A stretch of DNA of 64,000 bases from contig CAVTHO010000004.1 in the NCBI GenBank assembly GCA_963734545.1, positions 576,001 through 640,000 of the forward strand, written 5' to 3'. The notes under the pieces are model-generated. The model was not told the DNA's origin and did no database searches. It was given only the letters and a program-made list of their open reading frames with translations. This document shows positions 57,373-64,000 of the stretch, piece by piece; within the stretch, counting starts at the first letter, position 1, and each line of letters starts with the position of its first letter. The position numbers and the translations under genes are program-made. Source of the DNA: an uncultured Spirochaetota bacterium (GTDB lineage Bacteria > Spirochaetota > Spirochaetia > SZUA-6 > Fen-1364).

Positions 57373-59139
57373 ATGCGTAAAACAAAAATCGTCTGTACCC
57401 TGGGCCCCGCCACAGATGACGTGGAAGTGCTCTGCCGCCTGCTGCAGGCAGGTATGAACGTGGCCCGATTCAACATGGCACACAGCGACCTTGCCTACCA
57501 TGCCGACATGATCTCCAAGGTGCGCGAGGCAAGCCGTTCGACCGGTATCCCTGTTGCTCTTCTCATCGACATCAAGGGACCCGAGGTGCGCACGGGAATG
57601 GTTGCCGGCGGGGGCGAGGTGGAGCTGGCGACCGGCAGCGTGATTACCGTCACGGTGGATGACGGCCCTTGCTCGGCGGAGCGCGTGAGCCTCTCGTACA
57701 AAGACCTGCCGGATCAGGTCACCCCCGGCATTCACATCCTCATCGCGGACGGGCTCATCGATCTGGAAGTGACGTCCGTGCAGGGCAGGGAGACGCGGTG
57801 CGCCGTACGCACCGGCGGGACGCTCGGCTCCCACAAGAACGTGAACATCATCGGCATAAGAAGCCGCCTTCCTGCCGTCACGGAGAAGGACATCGAGAAC
57901 CTGCATTTCGCCGTCTCCAAGGACATGGATTTCGTTGCCGCGTCGTTCGTCCGCAGGCCTGAGGACATTCTCGAAATCCGGCAGATCCTGCTGAAGGCCG
58001 GCTCGCACATGCATATCGTGGCGAAGATCGAGGACGGGGAAGGCGTGGCGAACATCGACGAGATCATCCGGGTTTCCGACGGCATCATGATTGCCCGCGG
58101 AGACCTGGGGGTGCAGCTTGCCACCGAGCAAATCCCCCTGGTGCAGAAGAGGATCATCCTCAAATGCCACGGCCAGAACAAAACGGTGATCACCGCGACG
58201 CAGATGCTGGATTCGATGATTCACAATCCCCGGCCCACCCGCGCCGAGGCCACAGACGTGGCGAACGCCATTTTCGATGGATCCGACGCTGTCATGCTCT
58301 CCGGCGAAACGGCGAGCGGGCAATATCCCGTGGCTGCCGTCCAGGTAATGGACTCCATTGCCCGTACGACGGAGGCCTCACCGGAGTACGAGTCCCGGGT
58401 GAAGCGCTTTTTCCGTCTTGACGAGATCGGGGAGGACATCGCGCAGGCGGTCACACGGAGCGCGTTCCTGGTGGCACGGGAAATCAACGCCACGGCGATC
58501 ATCGCGCCGACGCTCCGCGGCAACACGCCGCGCCTGATCAGCAAGTACCGGCCCTCGCAGCCGATATTCGCCATCACCCCCTCCGAGTCTGTCCAGCGGC
58601 GGCTCCTCCTGTACTGGGGCGTCTATCCGCTGCTCTGCGACCTTGCCGACAATTCAGACACCATGCAGAACAACGCGCTCGTGGCCGCCATGGAAAAAGG
58701 GCTGGTGAAGAAGCACGACAAGGTCGTGATCGTGGCCGGCGTCCCCCTGCACTCGCCCATCATGCTCAATACGATCAAGGTCCACTTCGTGGGGAACGTC
58801 CTGGCAAAGGGAGAGAGGGGATTCGGGGGCTATCGCTCCGGGAAAATCGTGCGGGTCGAGGATGCCCTGGACGCGGAGCTCCGGCTCAAGCACGACGGTA
58901 CCGAGATACTTCTGGCGCGTTTCCTCACGCCGGATTTCCTGCCGATCCTCAAAGGGGTCGGCGGCATCGTGCTGGAGGAGTCCTCCTACCTGAGCCCCGA
59001 GCAGATCCGCCAGATCGCTCCGGACATCGCGGCGATCTCCTCCGTGACCGGCGCCATGGTACTGCTCGAAGACGGCTTCACCGTGACGCTGCACGGAGAC
59101 GAGTGCGTGGTCTACGAGGGCATCATCAGCGGGAAATGA
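57373..59139 (+). CDS. pyk: Pyruvate kinase with extra C-terminal PEP-utiliser-like domain
   Basis: KTKIVCTLGPA, AKIE, IMIARGDLGV, ATQMLDSM, MLSGETA. Confidence 0.96.
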   Translation: MRKTKIVCTLGPATDDVEVLCRLLQAGMNVARFNMAHSDLAYHADMISKVREASRSTGIPVALLIDIKGPEVRTGMVAGGGEVELATGSVITVTVDDGPCSAERVSLSYKDLPDQVTPGIHILIADGLIDLEVTSVQGRETRCAVRTGGTLGSHKNVNIIGIRSRLPAVTEKDIENLHFAVSKDMDFVAASFVRRPEDILEIRQILLKAGSHMHIVAKIEDGEGVANIDEIIRVSDGIMIARGDLGVQLATEQIPLVQKRIILKCHGQNKTVITATQMLDSMIHNPRPTRAEATDVANAIFDGSDAVMLSGETASGQYPVAAVQVMDSIARTTEASPEYESRVKRFFRLDEIGEDIAQAVTRSAFLVAREINATAIIAPTLRGNTPRLISKYRPSQPIFAITPSESVQRRLLLYWGVYPLLCDLADNSDTMQNNALVAAMEKGLVKKHDKVVIVAGVPLHSPIMLNTIKVHFVGNVLAKGERGFGGYRSGKIVRVEDALDAELRLKHDGTEILLARFLTPDFLPILKGVGGIVLEESSYLSPEQIRQIAPDIAAISSVTGAMVLLEDGFTVTLHGDECVVYEGIISGK

Positions 59140-59181
59140 CGGGGCGCATTCTGCAGCGACCCGCAGGGCGCCCATCTTCCG

Positions 59182-60304
59182 CTACTGAATGGTCTTTTCG
59201 AACTCTTCGATGAGCTCGCGCTGCCGGGCGCTCACTGCGCGGGGGATGACCACGGACACTTTCACGAGCTCGTCCCCGACTCCCCGGCCCCGCAGCTCGG
59301 GCATCCCCTTGCCCTTGAGCCTGAACACCGTGCCGCTCTGCGTGCCGGCAGGGATCTTCATCACGACAGCGCCGTCCATGGTCGGCACGCTGAGCTCCGC
59401 GCCGAGGATCGCGCGCGGAAGGCTGATGGTGAGCTCCGTGAGAAGGTCCGCACCCTGCCTCTGGAACTGCGCATGGGGAAGGACCTCCACGACCAGGAAC
59501 AGGTCGCCCTTGCCCTTCTCTCCCGATTCGCCCTCCCCTTTCATGCGGAGGCGCGCGCCCGTGTCCACTCCCGGCGGGATCGTGACGGAAAGGGATTTCG
59601 TGACGGTCACCCGGCCCTGGCCCCCGCATTCCTGGCAGGGCGTCAGGATAATGGAGCCGGTTCCCCCGCACCGGGTGCACGGCTGGGCCATCTGGAAAAT
59701 CCCGCTGGAGACGAGCTTGCTGCCCGGTGCCCCGACAATCGGGGCAGGTGGTCTTGCTCGTCCCGGGAGCCGCGCCGGTTCCGCCGCAGACGGGGCACGA
59801 GTCGCGTCGAGACACGGAGATCGTCTTCTCCGTGCCGCGATACGCTTCCTCCAGAGTCACGGAAACGGCCGCCTCGAGGTCCTTTCCGCGGGCGCCCTCA
59901 GAGGCGGATCCCTTTGCCTTTCGCCGTCTGCCGCGCGTTCCGAAAAGGCCGAAGCCCGCGTCGCCGAAGAGGTTCTCGAAGAAGCTGCCTCCCAGGCCCT
60001 CGTCCCCCATTCCCTCGAAGACACTGCGAAAATCGGTGCCCCTGAAGATGTCTTCCCGCGCGAATTTCTGGTCGACGCCGTCGTGCCCGTACTGGTCGTA
60101 CAGGGCGCGCTTCTTCGGATCGGAAAGCACACCGTACGCTTCCGAGATTTCCTTGAACGCGTCCTCTGCCTGCTTCTTCTTGTCGGCGGACACGCGGTCA
60201 GGGTGGTGCCGGAGCGCGAGCTCCCGATAGGCCTTTCGGAGCTCCTCAGGAGTCGCGCCTTTCCTGATACCGAGGATTTCGTAATAGTCACGTTTTGTGG
60301 ACAT
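59182..60304 (-). CDS. dnaJ: Chaperone DnaJ, frameshift near 59724
   Basis: J-domain HPD, G/F region, four CxxCxGxG motifs split over two frames, C-terminal domain. Confidence 0.9.
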
Positions 60305-60314
60305 GGTTTTCCAT

Positions 60315-60341
60315 AAAAAGCCCCGGGGGCTGCCCGGGGCT
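60315..60341 (-). terminator. Rho-independent terminator between dnaK and dnaJ
   Basis: Minus strand AGCCCCGGG-CAGCC-CCCGGGGCT followed by a T-tract. Confidence 0.75.
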
Positions 60342-60349
60342 CACGTCGG

Positions 60350-62275
60350 CTATTTCTTCTCTTCGCGGAACTCCGCGTCGATCACGTCGTCGTCCTTCTT
60401 GCCCGAGGCCGCTCCGGCCTGCCCCTGGCCGTCCGACGAATCCCCGGGACCGGGACCCGGCTGCGGACCCGCCCCCTGCTGCTTGCCCGCGGCCTGCTTG
60501 TACACTTCTTCCGCGAGCTTGTGGGACGCCTTGGTCAGCTCCTCCATGCCCTTCTTGATCCGATCCACGTTCTTTTCCTTGATAGCGGACTTCAGATCGT
60601 TGAGCTTCGCCTCGATGTCGGCCCGCTCGGCCTGGCTGACCTTGTCCCCGTAGTCCTTGAGGGACTTCTCCACCGAATAGGCGAGAGTGTCCGCCTGGTT
60701 GACGGTCTCCACCTCTTCCTTCTTCTTGGTGTCTTCCGCCGCGAACTGCTCTGCCTGGCGCACCATCTTCTCGATCTCTTCCTTCGAGAGTTTTTTCGGC
60801 GCCGTGATCTTGATGGACTGCTGCTTTCCCGTCCCCAGGTCCTTGGCGGCCACGCTGACGATGCCGTTTGCGTCGATGTCGAAGGACACCTCCACCTGCG
60901 GCACCCCGCGGGGGGCGGGCGGAATGCCTACCAGGTTGAACCTGCCCAGCTCGACGTTGTCATTCGCCATGGGCCGTTCACCCTGGAGCACGCGTATCGT
61001 GACCTCGGTCTGGTTGTCCGCCGCGGTGGAGAAGATCTCGCTCTTCCGCGTGGGGATGGTCGTGTTGCGCTCGATGAGCTTCGTGCTCACGCCGCCGAGG
61101 GTCTCGATGCCGAGAGAGAGCGGGGTCACGTCCAGGAGGAGGACATCCTTCACCTCGCCCTTGATGATGGCCGCCTGGATCGCGGCGCCCATGGCGACGC
61201 ACTCCATGGGGTCGACGCCACGCTCGATCTTCTTGCCGAAGAAATCCTCCACGAACTTCTGCACGATCGGCATCCGGGTGGGTCCCCCCACCATGATGAT
61301 CTTGTCGATCTCCGCCCCGTTGTCGCTGAATTGAACCCCGTCCTTTGCAAATGCCCCCCGGGCATCCTTGAGCGCGGTCTCCAGCGGTGTGCGGCAGCGC
61401 TGGACGATGGGGCCGATGAGCTCTTCCAGCTTGGCCCGGTTCACCGTCATGGTGAGGTGCTTGGGGCCGCTGGCGTCCGCCGTGATGAAGGGGAGATTGA
61501 TGTCCGTCGTGAGCGTGCTGGACAGCTCCACCTTGGCTTTTTCCGCGGCCTCCCGGACCCTCTGGGTGGCCATGGTGTCCTTTTTCAGATCTATGCCCGT
61601 CTGGCGCATGAACTCCTTCTCGATGTACTCCACGAAGGCATTGTCCATGTCCGTGCCGCCGAGCTGGGTGTCCCCGCTCGTGGCAACGACCTTGAACCCG
61701 CCCTCTTTCCACATCTCCATGATGGTGACGTCCAGGGTGCCGCCGCCGAAGTCGAACACGAGGATCTTCAGCTCCTTGCCCGCCTTCTCCAGGCCGTAGG
61801 CAAGACACGCCGCGGTGGGTTCATTGATGATGCGCAGCACCTTCAGACCGGCAATCTCTCCGGCGTCCTTGGTGGCCGTGCGCTGGTTGTCGTCGAAATA
61901 CGCGGGACAGGTAATGACCACTTCCTCCACCGTGTCACCGAGGTATGCTTCCGCATCCTGCTTGACCTTCTGGAGTATGAACGCCGAGATCTGCTGGGCG
62001 CTGTATTCCTTTCCAAAGGCCTTGAACTTGTGGTCCGTTCCCATCTTTCTCTTTGCCGCGTAGATGGTGCCGTCAGGATTGATGGCAGCCTGCCTGCGCG
62101 CGGGTTCCCCCACGAGCCTTTCGCCCTCCTTGGTGAACGCCACGAATGATGGAAATGCCTTGCCCGAAGAGACGCCGGCCCCTTCCGCCGAGGGGATGAT
62201 AACCGGCCTGCCGCCCTCCATGACGGCAGCGGCAGAGTTCGATGTCCCGAGATCGATGCCGATGATACGACCCAT
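60350..62275 (-). CDS. dnaK: Chaperone DnaK (Hsp70)
   Basis: [46 protein letters not shown]. Confidence 0.97.
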   Translation of the reverse strand: MGRIIGIDLGTSNSAAAVMEGGRPVIIPSAEGAGVSSGKAFPSFVAFTKEGERLVGEPARRQAAINPDGTIYAAKRKMGTDHKFKAFGKEYSAQQISAFILQKVKQDAEAYLGDTVEEVVITCPAYFDDNQRTATKDAGEIAGLKVLRIINEPTAACLAYGLEKAGKELKILVFDFGGGTLDVTIMEMWKEGGFKVVATSGDTQLGGTDMDNAFVEYIEKEFMRQTGIDLKKDTMATQRVREAAEKAKVELSSTLTTDINLPFITADASGPKHLTMTVNRAKLEELIGPIVQRCRTPLETALKDARGAFAKDGVQFSDNGAEIDKIIMVGGPTRMPIVQKFVEDFFGKKIERGVDPMECVAMGAAIQAAIIKGEVKDVLLLDVTPLSLGIETLGGVSTKLIERNTTIPTRKSEIFSTAADNQTEVTIRVLQGERPMANDNVELGRFNLVGIPPAPRGVPQVEVSFDIDANGIVSVAAKDLGTGKQQSIKITAPKKLSKEEIEKMVRQAEQFAAEDTKKKEEVETVNQADTLAYSVEKSLKDYGDKVSQAERADIEAKLNDLKSAIKEKNVDRIKKGMEELTKASHKLAEEVYKQAAGKQQGAGPQPGPGPGDSSDGQGQAGAASGKKDDDVIDAEFREEKK

Positions 62276-62415
62276 ATCATTCTCCTTTGTGTCCTGCTCT
62301 CCCCTGCGCCGACATGCGGCGCGCTTCCGGGCGCACGGCTCTTCCGCTTTTCTGCCGCCCGGGGAAACCGGTCATCCGCTTCCTGGTATGATTGCGAGAG
62401 ACATCCGACTACAAA

Positions 62416-62444
62416 AATGTAAGTACTGAAGGCTCGGAAGTCAA
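62416..62444 (-). promoter_or_regulatory. Sigma70-like promoter of dnaK
   Basis: TTGACT-17-TACATT on the minus strand. Confidence 0.55.
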
Positions 62445-62518
62445 GCAGACAACGGCGATGCGCTGCCAAAATCCGCGACACATTGACGCCGGTTGCGCCG
62501 ACCATTAGAGTAGCCACT

Positions 62519-63848
62519 ATGCAGGTCCGCGCCCTCGCCTGGAGCTCCCTCACGGAGCAGGACAAACGCAAGATCTTCGCGCGCTCGGAGCAGGACATTG
62601 CGGCGGTCTTCCCCCGCGTGCGGGAAATCATCGAAAAAGTGCGCGTGGACGGCGATGCGGCGCTCATCGAATATACCCGGCAATTCAACAACGCGGACCT
62701 CACCGGCATTCCCCTCGCGGTAGGTGAGCGGGAATTCGCGGACGCGGAGAAGGCCCTCGATGCGCCGGTCAAGGATGCCATCAGGTTCTGCGTGGCAAAC
62801 GTGCGCGCCTATCATGAACAGCAGCTTCCCGGGGCCATGAGCTTCGGTGAGGTCCTCCCTGGCGTCTACGCGGGCGAGCGCGCCACTCCGATCCCGTCCG
62901 TGGCCCTGTATGCGCCGCGCGGCAAAGGGAGCTTCCCGTCATCGACCTACATGATGGCGGTCCCGGCGCACGTGGCGGGGGTCAGCCGCGTTGTCGTGGT
63001 AAGCCCGCCGGATTCCAGGGGCGCGTGCGACCCGGCCACGCTGTTTGCCGCCCGGCTGTGCGGCGTCCACGAAGTCTACCGTGTCGGCGGCGTGCAGGCC
63101 CTGGCGGCGCTTGCCTATGGCACGCAGAGCATCCGCCCGGTCGTGAAGCTCCTGGGACCGGGCAACCAGTACGTCACGGCGGCAAAGAGACTCCTGTTCG
63201 GGGTCGTCGACGTGGGACTGCCGGCCGGGCCCTCCGAATCCATGATCCTCGCGGACGACTCAGCCGACCCGCGGCTGCTCGCCCTCGACCTGCTGATCGA
63301 GGCGGAGCACGGACCGGATTCGCAGGCGCTTCTGGTCACCACGAGCGACAGATCGGCCCGCGCGGTCGCCGCGCACCTTCCCCGGCTCGTGTCCGAGCTG
63401 CCCGAGCCCCGCGCCTCCTATGCGGCGCAGGTGCTCGCCAACTATGGCGGCATCATCGTGGCCGCGGACCTCACCGAGGCCGTCTCCATCGCAAATGAGG
63501 TCGCCCCTGAGCACCTGCAGATCGCCACCTCGGACCCTCTGGAGACTCTCTCCCGGATCCAGGAACGCCGGCGAGATCCTCCTCGGGCAGCGCACCCCTT
63601 TTTCCCTTGCCAACTATGCCATCGGCGCCAACGCGGTGCTCCCCACGGGCGGGAAAGCGAAAACCTGCTCCCCCCTTTCCGTGCGGGATTTCCTCAAGTA
63701 CTCATCGGTCGCGTACCTGACCCGGCAGGGCCACGAGTCCGTCCGCCAGGCAGCGATCGTTCTCGCAGACTATGAAGGCTTTCCCGCGCATGCAAAGGCG
63801 CTCCGTGAAAGGAGGGGCAATGAGCCCGAAGACGACAGGCAGGTCTGA
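62519..63848 (+). CDS. Histidinol dehydrogenase-family protein (HisD paralog), frameshift near 63560
   Basis: GGVQA, GPGNQYV, PAGPSE, EAEHGPDS, APEHL; continues in the shifted frame as NAGEILLG...ANAVLPT...EGFPAHA. Confidence 0.85.
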
Positions 63849-64000
63849 ACCCCGCGCAAAGAAGGTGAAGAAGTCTCCGGGCACCAGGGCCCCTGCCCGT
63901 CGGCCGGCGCCGCCCAACTCCGCGGCATACCGCGGAAGGGGCCCCCGGGCCTGGGTGACCACCGCCAACATGGGTCTCGGCCACCAGAGGGCCGCCTACC
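63820..64000 (+). CDS. Partial CDS, possible GT-B/MGDG-synthase-like glycosyltransferase N-terminus
   Basis: AGGAGG, ATG at 63820, open to the window end; AWVTTANMGLGHQRAAY resembles the GxGHxxAA motif. Confidence 0.5.
   Translation, partial: MSPKTTGRSEPRAKKVKKSPGTRAPARRPAPPNSAAYRGRGPRAWVTTANMGLGHQRAAY
63916..63935 (+). repeat. Degenerate CCGCGG-CATA-CCGCGG repeat copy inside the last CDS
   Basis: AACTCCGCGGCATACCGCGG, translated NSAAYRG in the same frame as KSAEYRG at 4860. Confidence 0.6.

Noticed and set aside
62276-62480. CIRCE element upstream of dnaK
   Set aside because: No TTAGCACTC-N9-GAGTGCTAA match was found.

Overview
GC-rich bacterial window. The gene styles suggest an anaerobic Spirochaetia-like metagenome assembly (inference). 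Scattered single-base indels split about 9 genes and look like long-read errors. Contents in order: (1) a membrane-bound group 4 [NiFe]-hydrogenase operon (1-8001); (2) a KimA-like APC transporter, exbBD, LiaF-like envelope genes and a TolB-like lipoprotein; (3) a complete reductive pyrimidine catabolism cluster (preT-preA-hydA-M20 amidase-aminotransferase, a nitrilase-type ureidopropionase, an NCS1 permease, mmsA), with gdhA plus a PEP/pyruvate-binding partner and psuKG nearby; (4) the best candidate for an undescribed system, at 38278-47726: a triple-PilZ/LuxD-like acyl-ACP thioesterase/SAM-methyltransferase fusion, a degenerate acyl-adenylation enzyme, an ACP, a B12 radical SAM enzyme and a membrane histidine kinase-REC-HD-GYP fusion, which together suggest a c-di-GMP-gated fatty-acid-derived signal circuit; (5) a protease-MoxR-DUF58-VWA operon, an ECF sigma/anti-sigma/exported caspase module, an mtlD-like gene, pyk, an archaeal-style dnaK-dnaJ pair and a HisD paralog. 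Non-coding observations: a dispersed CCGCGG-N4/5-CCGCGG palindromic repeat that also lies in frame inside proteins, a two-copy structured element with 5 compensatory base-pair changes and GGA loops, and many apparently leaderless genes. No rRNA, tRNA, CRISPR array or transposase was recognised.
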